DNA of 64,000 bases from Octopus vulgaris (taxonomy: Eukaryota): contig OX597832.1 of NCBI GenBank assembly GCA_951406725.2, positions 67,146,001 through 67,210,000 of the forward strand, read 5' to 3'. Shown piece after piece: positions 1 through 15,573 of this stretch. Numbering within the stretch: the stretch's first letter is position 1; each line of letters begins with the position of its first letter. Made by a program: the position numbers and the translations under genes. The notes beneath the pieces were generated by a model, which had not been told where the DNA came from, ran no database searches, and worked only from the letters and a program-made list of their open reading frames with translations.

Positions 1-454
1 TCTAGGATAGATTTCTTATAGAGATTTCACGGTGTTTAATTCATCATTCTATAGGGATAGAATAACAGTTATTAAGATTTCGAACAGCACATATAATTTC
101 ATTATCTACAGGTTAGTTTCTATAATAACCGCACTACTATTATTGATTTTTTTAGGATTAAGTTTATATACGAAATAATGCCAAGTGAACGTTACTCGAG
201 AAGAGAGAAATTAGTTTCAAAAGTTTAAAGCGTGATACCCAATAGTGATATAAATCTTCAATTAGAAATTTAAATATAAAGTGTGGTTTATATAGTAACC
301 AGACATTTGAATCTTAAAAATTACATTTTTGTTAGTTTAATCGAAACATTTATGCAACTTGAGAGAGGTAAAACTAAGTTAGAATTGAACTGCCTTTGGC
401 CACTGTACTTAACAAATTAAACAAAATGGATGAAGCAAGAATATAAATATATAC

Positions 455-510
<56 letters not shown>

Positions 511-880
511 AGAGTTTACAACAAAAAAAACAAAAGAAGAAGACAGGTGGTGTACAAAACAAACAGATGTATTAGTATAACGCTCAGGAATAGAAACAGT
601 ATTTTACATTTCAAGCCTACGCTCTTCTACAGAAAGGGACACAGAAAAAACAAGGAGAGAAAAAAAATGTGTGTAGTGGCTAACGATATATCATGGGGAC
701 TAGTGCCGGACAGAAAGGTCAAACACGAGAAGGAAAGTAGGGGAGATAACAAGGTAAAGATGATCCCCAACACGAAATATATATATATATATATATATAA
801 TAATAATAAATATTAGGGAATAAATCCAACTTTACAGGGAAAAAAATCAGATTTAGGATTAAATCCAATTTTATAGTAAA

Positions 881-1031
881 ATATTATAAAATATTATTAG
901 AGACAAAACCACTATTTTGCAAAACAAACAAGGAAAGACTTAATCAATACATAAAATTTTAAAATTGTATGTATTGATTAAGTCTTTCCTTGTTTGTTTT
1001 GCAAAATAGTGGTTTTGTCTCTAATAATATT

Positions 1032-1040
<9 letters not shown>
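881..1040. repeat. ~160-bp near-perfect palindrome (fold-back) next to (TA)n
   Basis: atattataaaatattattagagacaaaaccac...caatacataaaatttt is followed directly by its reverse complement aaaattgtatgtattg...gtggttttgtctctaataatattttataatat. Confidence 0.9.
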
Positions 1041-1083
<43 letters not shown>

Positions 1084-1749
1084 TATATGTTTATATTTAT
1101 GTATGTCTATATATATATATGTCATTATACAGTTTATTTCAAGATTTCTTGCCAATAGAGAAAGAAGTATTTTCTAACCTAGATCCAATGCTCCTTCATT
1201 GGAATTTCACCAAGATATTTTTGTATGCATGCGGGTATGAACGTACACACACCTTTCTCTAACTTGCCGGGATGTTCAGATGTTTTTGCCTGCTTTGCCG
1301 TCTTCAAACTGTAAAAAGAAATTCTCTTACTTATTCATCTAAACCAGTGGTTCTCAACCAGTGCCCATATGGCCATTGAGGGTCCATATAACGTTTTGGA
1401 GGTCTACGCAACGAAATCGTAAATTGGGAATCTAAATATAACAAAATATTTGAGAAAATTAAAAGATTTCAAGACCTAAGTAGAAGAGGGCAACTTTTCC
1501 TGTGGTGAATTGTGAAGTCAGCAGAACACACAAAACAGATTCTTATGGGGATGGAAAGTAATGGAATTGAGACATGCATTACCAAACTGAAAAAAGAGAG
1601 CACTTTTGTATTCCTCAAGAATCCTGAGAAAGATTCAGTGGAGATAAAGGATTTGTTGTCAGAGTATCTGAAGATAATATTTCTGCTAATTAAATTAGAC
1701 TGTAATAATTTTAGATGAATAACAACAACAACAACAACAACAACAACAA

Positions 1750-2210
1750 CGATAATATTAATTACAATCCAGTGTGACTCACTGAGTGATGCTCGGAGAC
1801 CTGACGATTTTGTAGTGGACAGAATGAAGAAGGAAACGAAGGTCATAGAAATTGCCATACCTATGAACGGATGAGTGGATGGCAAAATGCTAAAAGATGA
1901 AATTGCACGAATGTAGGCAATGAAGTTCATAATTATACACCCAGTTGTTTTAGGAGTACTAGGAGTATATAAACATCCAGGTTTGAGAAATTTCTTTGGA
2001 GAAATTTCGATTGACATGAGGGTAGAACAATTTCAGAGAACTGCTTTTTTGTTGATGGCGAAGAGTTGAATATTGTACTTCGGTGTTAAGTATCGTGGAA
2101 CGAGACTGTGAGACCTTTGGCAACAGGTTACGGTCTGTTCTTGCAGACTAAGTCGGAGCAAATGAAATCGAACTCTCTGAGAAGTGAAATGAAAATAAAA
2201 ATAATAACAA
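1750..2210 (+). mobile_element. 3' fragment of an R4/Dong-type non-LTR retrotransposon (restriction-like endonuclease region), degenerate
   Basis: + frame reads IQCD...RRPDDFVVD..KKETKVIEIAIP, then PVVLGVLG; preceded by (ACA)n and followed by an A/TAA-rich tail. Confidence 0.65.
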
Positions 2211-4912
2211 AAACAAGAGTAATTAAAAATCTCATTTCCGGTTCAGTTATCAATGCGAAACATTAAAAATGTGCATTGTGATTCTCCTCCGTTCTCCCAC
2301 AGACATGATCAGCATAAAAAGTGTAAGTACTCGATATGTTTGCAGAAAGAGTACTGTAGATATATAGATGTTGTTAGGGAAACGTAAAGTGGATTATAAT
2401 AGAATAGATTTATCTAAGGTTGTTTTGATGTGTTCATAACTATACAGAGTACATTTTGTGGTAGGAAATTCAGCAGCTGGTTTACACCGTATGAACTTGA
2501 GATTTCAAAGCACTGTAATCTTTTCTGCTCCTAATATAAACTCGACTAAATCGTTATCCTATAGCATTATTTGTTATCTCGAAGGTAACTTCTAAATGGA
2601 TGAGACAAGGCCTCATGTGTCAGTTGTTAAATATCCATCACTGTTTTATATCAACGTTTGAAACTTTCTTCAGATATTTTCAAAATGTCTACATCTACAT
2701 GGTTCAATAACTGCATACTTGTGATTATTACATGGAATTATTATCCTATATAGGACAATTCCAATTTTTTTCGGGAAATTTACAAAGTACAATAGCACAG
2801 TAGCAAAGATTGCCAAGGCACTACTTCAGTAGATATGTGTATTGAAATTACAATAGATGGGAGGTGTCTCTCTCAGTATCTACCCTCGACAAGGAATCGG
2901 TAACTAACCACTGCTCTAAGTAGAATTTCTTTTCCTTTTAACTTTCGTATATTACGGATTTCAGCCATTGGATTGCAGACAATATGGGTACATCTTGCAG
3001 TCTGTTATTAATCAAATTGACTCCAGTCCTTATTTTTAAGTCTGGCAATTTTTCTGTCAGTCTCTCTTTGCCGATATTCACATTCCTTAAATTTTACAAC
3101 GGAAATGCTTTTTAACATCAGATTGAATGTGAACAACCTTTTCAGCTAAAAGTAGTTTCGAGAACAGCTATATAATTTTTTCTTAAATCATTTTTTCTGA
3201 CTCCAAGTACAACAAAACGTGATATTCCTGTCTATGTCACCGCAATTGAAAACTGTTTCAGCGTCACAAAACAATTGAATGATAGATCAGTCATGACATC
3301 TACTATTAGAAACTGACCTACATAAGCAAACAAATGATTGAGTTTTAGTAACTAAGGAAGATAGCGTGAGATATTATTTACATTAAGCTTATTTTCATTT
3401 TTTCTGTCCGTATTAATAATAATATACCTGGAAATTGTTTAAAGGGTTTTAAGTTGATGGATTTACACCTGCACGGGAACTTGTTTAATGTAGATGAGCG
3501 CATAGAGGTTACTTTTCTGTGAATGAGAGCAAAGAACGATTCAGCAATCATGTAGGTTTGAAGACATAAATTGCTGGCTCTAAACATCCAGATGGTGTAG
3601 AGAAGTTTTCATGATAAAATATAGTTAAGTTGAAAACAAAGAAATAGATAAGAATGGAAAGTTATGTTTCATTTTTGAGTTTGTTTTTTTTTATTCGGAA
3701 TTGTCTTGTGCAATAAATTAATACGGAATCATACTCAGTTTCGTTTCTGAATAATATACAACGAACATCTAGTTCGACAGCTTCATGAACAAACTGAATT
3801 TTCAGAGATTTTTACTTATCGGGGAAGTACGTTTTATGAACCACGTAGATGTGATTGTGATATAAATAAACAACTAACCGGAGCATATAATATCAAAAGA
3901 GTTTCAATCTGATACCAGAGACATTCTTTACTCCCTATATTCTGCTCATAGCTAACAAAACCATGTAAACTGTCGGAGATTAGTACAGCTGCAATTTCTC
4001 TAGGCTAACTTACCCTAACTGAAATATCCAAAACCATGGTGCATCGTCTTCTTCATTGCAGTCCTAATCATTTAAAGTAAAGTTATTTTGTATCTTTTAT
4101 TTGTCTCCGTAATTTGACTGCGACCGTACTAGGAGACTGCTTGAAGTGTTTTAGCCAAATGAATCTATCACAGTAATTAATTAGTCTGTTTAAAGAATGT
4201 TCCTTGGACAAGCGCGGCTTTTTAAATCAGACCTCGTACATATATGTGTGTGTGTGTCTCCGAAAGACTTCCTTCAGTTTCCATCAATCAAATCCACTCC
4301 CTCCCAGAGCTTGTCCAAAGTTGAAACATCTGTTTTAGATATGTATGAAGGTTTGTTCATAGACCAATTTTATCAAGCGATTAAATTGATCGACAGAAAT
4401 TATAGAGAACCATCCTCACAATATCTTACTCAGAGCCAAATCAAATCAATTTATAGGGGAGAAAATAAAAGAAAAAGGATGGAATTTTTACAGTGAGGCA
4501 TTTATACAGAACAAGTGGAGGTGTATTCCGTTAAGAACGTATCAGAGTACAAAATAGAGCACGTTCACCCTTAGAATTTCCAGATAACCAGCAGTATAAT
4601 GGTACATACTACCAATTCAATGATCGGTTCAATGTAGCCAGTTGGACGTGATAGCATCGAGATGAAACATTTATTTACGGAGACACCGATTATATATAAC
4701 CTGGGGAGATACAACTAGATTCCCATTATACAGGTAAACCGTTACTTAATTTTAATTTCAATTCGGTTGATGTTGACCTGCAGTATCGAAACATGTGTAG
4801 TATAACGCTCATGAAAAGAAAAATTATTTTACGTTTCGAGCCACCTGTCTTCGTCTTCTGTTTTTTTCGTAACCCCCCCTATATATATATATATATGAGG
4901 TAGTTATTATTA

Positions 4913-5309
4913 TTCTTTTACTCTTTTACTTGTTTCAGTCATTTGACTGCGGCCATACTGGAGCATCGCCTTTAATCGAGCAACTCGACCCCGGGAATTA
5001 TTCTTTTGTAAGCCCAGTACTTATTCTATCGGGGTCTTTTGCCGAACCGCTGGGTAACGGGGACATAAGCACACCAGCATCGGTTGTCAAGCAATGCTAG
5101 GGGGACAAACACAGACACACAAACACACACACGCACATATATATATATATACGGCGGGCTTCTTTCAATCTCCATCTACCAAATCCACTCACAAGGCATT
5201 GGTCGGCCCGAGGCTATAGTAGAAGACACCTGCCCAAGGTGCCACGCAGTGGGACTGAATCCGGAACCATGTGGTTGGTAAACAAGCTACTTGCCACACA
5301 GCCACTCCT
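4913..5309 (-). mobile_element. Near full-length tRNA-derived octopus SINE
   Basis: Minus strand begins aggagtggctgtgtggcaag (A-box-like), has ggttccggattcagtccc (B-box-like), an internal (TA)/(TG) tract and a 3' end ggccgcagtcaaatgactgaaacaagtaaaagagtaaaag; many homologous copies in the window. Confidence 0.9.
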
Positions 5310-5802
5310 ATTATTGATAAATAACAATAATATCGGTGGCTAGTTAGCAAAAGCACCAAAAGTCAAAGGCCTCTCAACGGTTTTAATGAGTTTAATCAGG
5401 CGAGTAAACATTTAGCACCAGGCAGCAAGACCCACTGAAGAGGACAAAGAGAATACTCTGAAAGCTTGAAATCACGTGATAAAGGTATATCTGCAATATT
5501 ATTTACGATTGTAGCTCGCTTTTGGTATGTTGGCTATTTTCGTCAGCTTTTTAACTTTGAATGTTTGTGGCTAATTGAGTCGCTTTCTAGCAAACCTGGT
5601 GCTGTGTAGTACCCTTCTTCATATATATATATATATATATATATACGAATAATTTCTTCATTGAATGTAAAATCCTGTGGTTGTAGATTGTATTGTAATA
5701 CTAGTTTCATGTTCAATATACAAAAACAACATATACTCTATAACATATACTCTCATCCGTCCAAAATAAATTAACGTGCACACTCACAGACATATATGTG
5801 TG

Positions 5803-5876
<74 letters not shown>

Positions 5877-5880
5877 CATG

Positions 5881-5913
<33 letters not shown>

Positions 5914-6585
5914 ATACAGAGAGAGAGAAGGAGAGAGTTAAATAAATATATATATATATATATGCGTATGTGTGACGGTGTATGTGAATGTGTATCTGTA
6001 TATGCATGTATTTATGTATGTTTATATGAAATATACAGATAATAAACACCATCTAATAAGATTGGATTACTGAGAAAAATACTCTCGTATACTTTCCATG
6101 ATTAGAAGGTAAAAGATATCATTACAGATGATCAACATGTAGAAATTCGTTTATACATGGAAGCCTGTAAATTGCTAATGGCCCTAAAATTATCGGAGTG
6201 TGAACAGATTTTCTAGAATAATTTATCATTTTCTTAACATTAATAGTTTAGGATTTTCTTTCGTGATGTATATTGGGAGAAGTTTACGTCTATAATTTTC
6301 TTTAAATGGTACCTTTGAGAATTTCCTTCTCGTTGCAATGTACCCATTTTCTTACACCTAAGTGCATTCTCATTTACTTTCATTTTAACATGCGTATATG
6401 CGAATATACGTGATGGTGTTTGCTTATACATTGTATAAATATTGGTGCGTGTATACATATATATATATATACACACATACATAAATGCACGCATGCGTAC
6501 ATAATTATAAACATATATAAGTGTATATATGCATATGTACATTCACACACTTATATACATACATATATATATATACATACAAATA

Positions 6586-6640
<55 letters not shown>

Positions 6641-6645
6641 CTATG

Positions 6646-6690
<45 letters not shown>

Positions 6691-7498
6691 GGTGGCGCAA
6701 AGCCAACACAGACTCTCTCTCACACATGTCTGTGTGCGTTTCGTCGAGTAGTATTTACCATCTATACAATCAGAGGATATTTGAAGACGCGATATACGCT
6801 GATTTTCTTTATACACTAACTCGGATGTTTGTAAATCTCTTACAATAAGATCCCTTATTTACGTATTTGTGTAATTGCCAATGAGTAAGTCTAAAAAAGG
6901 GAATTGTGTAAGACGTCATGGAGAATGCAAACCCAAAAGAACGAAGTGGGCAATGATTAATTTAGTTTGCAGATGAGTGTAATTCAAAATTACTGGCGTT
7001 TCTTTCTGTATGTTGGAAGAGAGCTTATGTGTAAGTAGTTTTAGAAGTAGATATTAGAGTTGAGATATAGGAGAAAAGTTTTGAAAGTAACGCCATGAAT
7101 ATCTATTCTGTATATGCATCTGCAGGTAAAAACTTTGGTCGAATATTGTAAAAATATTCAACATCTCGTAACACGAGATTTGTGTTCTCGTTAATTATCC
7201 ATGCAGATGCTTACAACTGATGTTCTTAAAATATTGCATGTTTGTGTTATGAAATAATTTGAAACCGATTTATATTATCTAAAGGAATTTCATACTTATA
7301 TGCACACAAAGAACCACACACAGGCACATGGTGGTGACGCATGTTTGCAGAAGAAACGGGTTCGAATCCCTCGGGTAACATTCGATATTTTCTATTCAAA
7401 GAGTTTTGGGTTTTTTTTGCAAAATACTTCAACGCTATCTGTATAGATTTCTCTGCTTCGAGAGGCACTATTCCAGAAAGAATATACATACATACATG

Positions 7499-7537
<39 letters not shown>

Positions 7538-8514
7538 AATAGATGTATACACATGCACGCACACAAACACACACAGCTGCAAACACATACGCGCGCACAC
7601 GTACACACGTACAAACATTTATGTATATATACACAGCATTGAATTTGTGCCTACCTGTGCGCGTATATATATGAGTAAGTATATGTGCGAATATACGTTT
7701 ATACATTTATTATTTTACACTAAACATAAATTTCGCAGTTTAATATTTCTCCTCCTTACGATTTACAGCGTTCCGAAATTTAGCCTTGATTTTTCTCTGA
7801 TTTGGAGATCTCACCTTGAGATAAACGCCTGTACGCTATACGTGAACGGTCGTGCATGCTAAATATAGTTGCCCAATCTAACAAAAATACACCATTTTAG
7901 AACAGAAACACACTTTATATTATTCTTCTACAAACACGATATTTATTTATAACTGGAATTACTCCTGGACTTATTCACTCTTCATTATAATAGCAATATC
8001 ATCATCATCATCATCATCATCATCTTCGTAGTCGTCATCGTCGTCATCATAATCATCACCGACAAAATCAACAAGTTATTGCTCAAAACAACAAACAGTT
8101 ACCCAATATGTTGTGGGTACTAATCTAATGTAAATTTCCAAGCTGGAGATCAAAGTTGGAATTCTAAGATAGAACAATACCCGATTTATTAAAACGTAGA
8201 ATAATTCTCAAGTTGGCATTAATCTAAATGCAAATATTTTTAATATAGTGAATCGCGTAGGAGGTTCGTGAACAATGTTCATCTTGTGTATATTGAAATC
8301 TTATTGATGCAAATTCCACTTATTCATACTGAATGACTGACAAAGTCATACAGAATGCAATATGACCAACGAAGCTCTTTGAAATAACAGCCAAATGTCC
8401 CTCACATCAGTGTCAACTGTCTTTTCTATGCGTGGCTATGCGCTAAGCAAATTGTTTTCCAATGAAATCGTTTCGAACACTATCTCAGTGCATGGGTACT
8501 GCGGCCAATTACAT

Positions 8515-8750
8515 ATAGTACAGCCACGGGCTGACCAAATGCTTAGGGGTGGCTTTGGTAAACGGGAACTGAAAGAAGCCAATCCTATGCTTTGCGTGTG
8601 TGTGTGTTTGTGTGTGTGTTTGTGTGTATACTTTCGTGCTCGTACTTGTCTCCCGACACTGCTTGAAAACAGGTGTTGGTTTGTTCATGTCACTATAGCT
8701 TTGCAATTCCGTAAAAAAAGACCAAAACCAGTAGCAGGCTTGAAAAATAA
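8515..8750 (+). mobile_element. Degenerate copy of the same SINE
   Basis: ttggtaaacgggaactgaaagaagcc ... gcttgaaaacaggtgttggt match the SINE body. Confidence 0.65.
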
Positions 8751-9935
8751 ATAAAATATATATTAAAGAATGACATCTAAATTATAAAATGACTGCGTAT
8801 GTCACAAATACTGTGTCATTGATAAATTTCATTCTTTCACTCGGGGATAAAATTTACTTAAACACCTAAATAAATAAAATATATGTTTGCTCCGCATAGG
8901 ATCTTTTTCTGAAGTTGAGTCATCTTGTGCACAGAGGCACCGAAGCCGTTGTGATAGAACGTATGTAAACATTCGACTTCCACAATTGAAGACTTTTTGT
9001 TAAAAGTTACTAATGGAGAAACGACACTGCCTTTAGGGGTCACACGAACTACAAGTAATAGAAACAAACCACCGTCAAATGGAACATCACACATTATAAC
9101 ATATAATAGGTTATATACAAACGAAAGGGTTAGCCATAGACGGATTGATTTGGATCATAGATCTTCCACTTATTCTTTCATTATCAGAAATGCCTCTAAC
9201 TATCGTAAACAACAGTTTACGAACACCTCACATCAAGATAGAATCGGTTTACGAACAACTTTTCGAATACACACATACAGGCACACACATACACGCATAC
9301 ACACATACGCACACACGCATACGCACACATACAAATACATATAAACCAGCTCAACGCGAAAATAGTGTAAATACATTGTGCGTCGAATATTTCTCAGTAA
9401 TAGCATAAACTTTTTCCGTTTCGGAATATAAATAAACAGAAATAGATAACCTTTAATTACTCAAGTTGATAATATAAATGTATAATATCCGCTGTAATAT
9501 AGAAAGAAACATAAAGTATATTGTGAGCAAACTAGACTCTGATCATCTTCAAGAAAACTAACTTATGGACAATATAATCTACCAATATTTGACGATCTAC
9601 TTCTAGGTAAATACAACTGAAATAGTGTGATAGACAATGTAATTTGAATAGACTTGCTCATAATATTAAAATATTTAATCTGATGCATACACATACGAAT
9701 GCATACACACATACACGCATCCCCAAAACAATGACAAAATATGTGTATGTATATATACATATACATATCAATATTAAATGTGTGCGCGTGCTTATGATTG
9801 TGCTTGTATGCGTGAATTTTTATGAACGAATGCTCACACACATCACTATTTTCGTCTCATTTATATTTGACCACTTCTTTTGCAGTCCTATAAACCCTTT
9901 TGTTTCTATTAGAAGAGACGAATATTATTTCTTGT

Positions 9936-9963
<28 letters not shown>

Positions 9964-9970
<7 letters not shown>

Positions 9971-10026
9971 ATTTAGGAATGGTTATTTTGTCAGTTTAGC
10001 AAAATGACCATTCCTACATACAACAA
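9964..10026. repeat. Short fold-back, same family as 15574-15853
   Basis: ttgttgtatttaggaatggttattttg...caaaatgaccattcctacatacaacaa. Confidence 0.7.
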
Positions 10027-10074
10027 CATCACACGATTTCACATCAAAAACCTTGCAAAACAAATATATAAACG

Positions 10075-10228
<154 letters not shown>

Positions 10229-11020
10229 TAGATATATATGCAGATATACGTACATACTCACACATACACCTCTATAATGAAGCTCGCATGTTCAACAACT
10301 GAGTCAATAGTAGAAAGAAACACAAACCTTGCCTAAATAAAGCCATTTCATTAGGCAACATTAAATGCAGGGGCTTTCGATTTCGACGATTGGAAATGTT
10401 AGCCTGGTTCGCCTGAAAAGAATCAGACGTCACGCCAATCAAAAAGCGATAAAATTTATGATTGAAGACAATTCCGATTCGGCAAAAGCTCGTTAGGACA
10501 TCGGAGGGTATGATATTAGAAAAGAAAAGTGGTTTTTCGACTTGAGGACCAGAGATATAGGGAAAAAGTCTAACATAGAAAGAATATATTAGTAAAAGAT
10601 TAAGCCAGAGTAAAATCAAAGAAGATATCTTTAAACTTAAGGCAGTAAGAGTTGAAAAATACGAGTGTTGAGAGTAGATAAGTAAAGTAAAACATCAGAA
10701 AAAAACTGGACTCGCATGATTGAATGCTTAGCAAACAAAACGCAAGTGGAATAGAAGTGGTGGATATCAGCAGGCGTGGGGTGGCTGTCGTAAATGTGGA
10801 AGGGAAGGAGATTTGGATTTACAGAAGTGGGTGGTATATACTGACAGATACTGAGAGGAACGAAGTGGGAGTATGTGTGTGTGTGAGAGAGAGAGAGAGA
10901 GAGGAAAAGAGAAAGGGGGTAAAATAGGCCGACAGAAAAATATTGTCCGTAACAACGTGAAAGTCAATTAGTCACGAAGAAAAGTGCCTGAGTACACGAG
11001 AAATGTATTTACATATATAC

Positions 11021-11317
<297 letters not shown>

Positions 11318-11768
11318 TATATTTGCGCGCACATACACACACAGACACATATATATCTTTGTGTGTAGAAGTGCGTGTGTGTGTGTGTGCATATTAAGTG
11401 AGAATTGTAAGGTGAGGAAACACAGAAATCACAGATTTTTATTCTAGGAGCTACTACGATTCTAATGTACCTATTATTCGCGAATAATTTTCAGCGTTTA
11501 TGAAGTTCAGAATTAAATTCTAAATCCCAGAACGCCAGGGGACTCGAAATTTTCATTTGTGCTGCCTAATCGTATTAACCGTTCGCCATATTTAAATAAT
11601 AGGCCAATTATTTAGAAATCTAGTGGGGCTAACCTACAGGCGCGTTGTTGTTATCCTAATTGGCAAGATAGATAAAATGTTCTCTTTTGCAGAAATATAA
11701 TCGTGGTAAGTCGAAAATTGCTGGTGAAATTGTTTTATCTATCGCTTACGTTGGCGCACATTCAGACA

Positions 11769-11875
<107 letters not shown>

Positions 11876-12299
11876 GTAAAATGGCGAGCACACTCAACAG
11901 CGCATATACGCACACTTGCAGAAATATTCACGCCAGTATGTATAGAGACAAATATTTCCATACATTCTATCATATTGGATATATTGTGTATATTGATATA
12001 TAGGTAAATAGACAGATACAGACTCTGCCTAAGTCTACTTTGCTTAATGTGTCTTTCCTACATCAAGATGTCCAAACCAGTCTCGGCTCCTATCATCAGT
12101 ATCCTTCGTTGATCGTGGAGTACGGAAAATATGACAGGTATTTCGTTAGTGGAATTGGTAGGCAAAAAAAAGAAAAAATATGATAAAATTATCAGCCGCC
12201 AAATTCAGGACAAAACGAAATAGGTGCTTTGTCTTTTGTAATATGAAGCTGCGGGCATCGTTAGCAAATATTTCAGATATCTAAAAGCTGTTTACGGGA

Positions 12300-12450
12300 A
12301 CTTGACTGGTACTTTATTTTATCGACGCCCAACGTATGAAATGCAAATTTGAGCCCGGCGGGATTTGAACTCAGTATGTATACAAAGCAGGAAGAAGTGT
12401 CGCTGAGCATAAAGTTCGACATGCCAACGACCCTGACAGTTTGCCCAGTT
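12300..12450 (-). mobile_element. Degenerate copy of the second SINE family
   Basis: ctggtactttattttatcgac...ggcgggatttgaactcag is the reverse complement of the body at 39697-39880. Confidence 0.6.
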
Positions 12451-12814
12451 TACCTAGGTAATTAAAAAGGATTAGGTAATTAAATTTTCACACGAAATAG
12501 GATATCGGGAGATTGATCGTTAAGTCAGTAAGGGGCGAAAATAGCTCTATATAACATACTTATACGAGTTAATGTGTAGTCCCGTTGAATTTCCACATTA
12601 CTAAGGAATATCAAACCACCAAACATATGTACGTGGGCATTGGGAAAATTTATTGTTCACGTGTTGGAAAGTAGATTTCCAAAACAAGGGTAGAGATGAA
12701 GATTGAAAGCCGTTTCATCGGAACCACTTCCCGAGATATCAAATCATTCAGCATTCCTAAAAATGCGATCCAATTCCATGGAGAGTCTGGAAAGATGTTT
12801 ATAAATATAGATAC

Positions 12815-13195
12815 TGGGGTGGCACTGTGGTAAGAAGCTTGTTTCCTAATCACGTGGTTCTGGGTTCAGTCCCACTGTGTCGTACCTTGGGCAAGTGTCG
12901 CCTTCTTTAGCCTCGAGCCGAACAAATCTTGAGTCTGTATTTGGTAGACGGAAACTGAAAGAAGCCCGTCGTATTCATATGCATATAGTTATGTATGTGT
13001 CTTTGTGTCTGCGTTTGTTTCCCTAACAGCGCTTGACAACCGAAGTTGGTTCGTTTACGTCCCAGTATCTTAACAGCACTGGAGGAGAAGAATCCGTTAC
13101 AATAAGTACCAAGCTTACAAAGAATAAGTCGAAGGATAGATTTTCTCGACTAAATGGCGGAGCACTAGCATGACCCCAGTGAAATAACTGAAAGT
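12815..13195 (+). mobile_element. tRNA-derived SINE, near full length, diverged
   Basis: gtggtaagaagcttg...ggttctgggttcagtcccactg...ttggtagacggaaactgaaagaagcccgtcg...ggcggagcactagcatg. Confidence 0.85.
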
Positions 13196-13446
13196 AGTAA
13201 TATATATATATATATATAAATCCTGAGTTTTTCTTAGAGCGATGATCAAAATCATACAATGTCTCAAACAAACGCATGCACACACATACACATGCACAAA
13301 TATTTCGTCATTGATTATATGCATGAATTGTCTTTTAAGGTTCAATTGTGAGACGCTTCATTAGCAAAGTACTCTGATGTATTCATTTTAAGGATTTCGA
13401 AGTAATTCGTAGAATCCAAACATAGTGTCGATATTTTAGATATGTA

Positions 13447-13690
13447 AGGCCATGAGCTGACAGAATTATTGGTACATCGGAAAATATTCTTATTGACATT
13501 TCTTCCGGCGTGACGGTTCGGAGTTCAAAATTTCAAAATGTCGATATCGATAAAATAGGTACCAGTTAAGCACTGGGGTCGATGTAATAAACATGGCCTC
13601 TATCACTAACTTGCTGGCCTTGACCCCAAATTCAAAACGAATATTTTACGTGTGTGTGTGTGTTGGGCATGTGTAGCATATACGTTTGTA

Positions 13691-13743
<53 letters not shown>

Positions 13744-13875
13744 CTTTTTATATATATAGACACAGGAGTTGTTGTGTATTATGGACCATATTGTCCCGGG
13801 TTCAGTATCACTGCGTAGCACCTTGTCCAAGTGTCTTATACTATAACCTCGGGCCGACTAAATCGTTATGAGCGG
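13447..13875 (+). mobile_element. Two adjacent SINE fragments (second family ~13447-13640; first-family head ~13765-13875)
   Basis: ggagttcaaa...cactggggtcgatg, and ccgggttcagtatcactgcgtagcaccttg...cctcgggccgac. Confidence 0.6.
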
Positions 13876-14573
13876 ATGTGTGTGTGTGTGCGTAATTTGG
13901 GAGGAATATACATTTCATACCAACCCACAGAAGGCAGGAAAAAATAGTTGCTAACTTCCAAACAGTATATGAACGAATTCCACCCATGCATTCTAGATAC
14001 ACCAATTGCACGCGGGTATATTGTTGGAATTCGTTACACTGTAGGACTTTGATGCCCAACGTTTGGCTGTAACATGAAGCCAAATTAAAGATTTCTTGTT
14101 CATATGGTAGTAGTAAGTGAGTGATATATATTAACAAGGGAAAAATATACATCTCTCTCTCTATATATATATATACAGAAAGACACACACACATACATAC
14201 ACATACATATAAGTATATATATATACATGCGTGTGCGTTCATGGGTGAGTGGGTATGTGAAGATCTTTGTTTTTCCTACTTTATTTTCTGTCTATCGGTC
14301 TACGCTTTCTATCCACCTTCTAAACGTTTCCTCCGCTTTCTCTCATGTTTACTCATAGACTTGAGTGCTTCTTTTAAATAAATTTAACGACATGCTCTGC
14401 GTCTAAAAGATTTCTTGGCAAAATCCTGGCATATTACATAAATCTGGCAAATTATTATGTCTCTATGTTATGAAATTATTAGTAATTCTTTTATGAAAAT
14501 GCAAGCTTTAAATTGTATATATTGTATATATGTATGAATGTGTGCGTGTAATACATATGCATAAATAAATAAA

Positions 14574-14605
<32 letters not shown>

Positions 14606-14614
14606 AATATATAC

Positions 14615-14685
<71 letters not shown>

Positions 14686-15573
14686 ACACACAAATACATC
14701 GCTTATGGATGTGTATCATTTAGACATAGGTTTATACAAGGATACAAATATATTTTTTGAGAGAGATAGAGAGAGAGACAAAAAGGGAAACAGAGGCATA
14801 CTCATATGTGCTTATCAACGCATATATACACTTGTATATACATACATGTGAATATGTATGTACGCTTGTCTCAGTAAATATTTGTGGTCTTACGTGTCTC
14901 TGATTTTCTGGGTGCAAACATATACGTACGTGTTCGCAAAGAATTTTAGCAAATATCGTTATAGCCTAATTTTATTGTCACATATAACGCTTATATTCCG
15001 GAGTATATTCTTAAATTGTTGAGGAAACATTGTATTAAAACGCGTAATGTTCAGCCAATTTGAATTTAAAATGTATATTAATTGCATATTATTGCTAAAA
15101 CCAATGTATTCCGCTGTGAATTTCATTCTTTATATAACGATATGTACATAAATGTATGTCTGTATGAACAAGGAGGTGCAAACATTCCGGCTGCTCAAAC
15201 GCACACTCCCGCAGGCACACAAACACTCACGCAGAAATATGTAGGCTAATAGTTAGAAGTTTGCCTATATCTATACGCAAGGACATAGCTATCTATATTC
15301 ATGTACACGCACATACAGGCATACACAGGTACATATATATATATTTATATGTGTGTGTGTGTGTGTGTGCGTGTGTGTGTATACTTGATTGGTTTTAGCT
15401 CTGTGGAAGATAACATTGTTCGGGTGGCTTTCTAAATTTTCATTCGATCAATGGATTGATTGATGAAATTGTATAAGCAACGAAATTCATTTCTGAAAAG
15501 CTATATATATAGTACGTTTAAATATTTGTTGTGCAAGATTTTTTATGTGAAGTCGTGTGTTGAAACAGATATT

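Noticed and set aside
1345-1430. cagtggttctcaacc, a hAT-like terminus
   Set aside because: No matching second TIR found
2645-2678. Minus-strand ctgaaga-aagttt-caaacgtt
   Set aside because: GAAA replaced by CAAA and stem II too short; compatible with chance
5230-5309. tRNA-like A/B boxes
   Set aside because: These are SINE heads; no complete cloverleaf
5432-5470. ctgaaga...gaaagctt hammerhead-like string
   Set aside because: No convincing stem I or stem II
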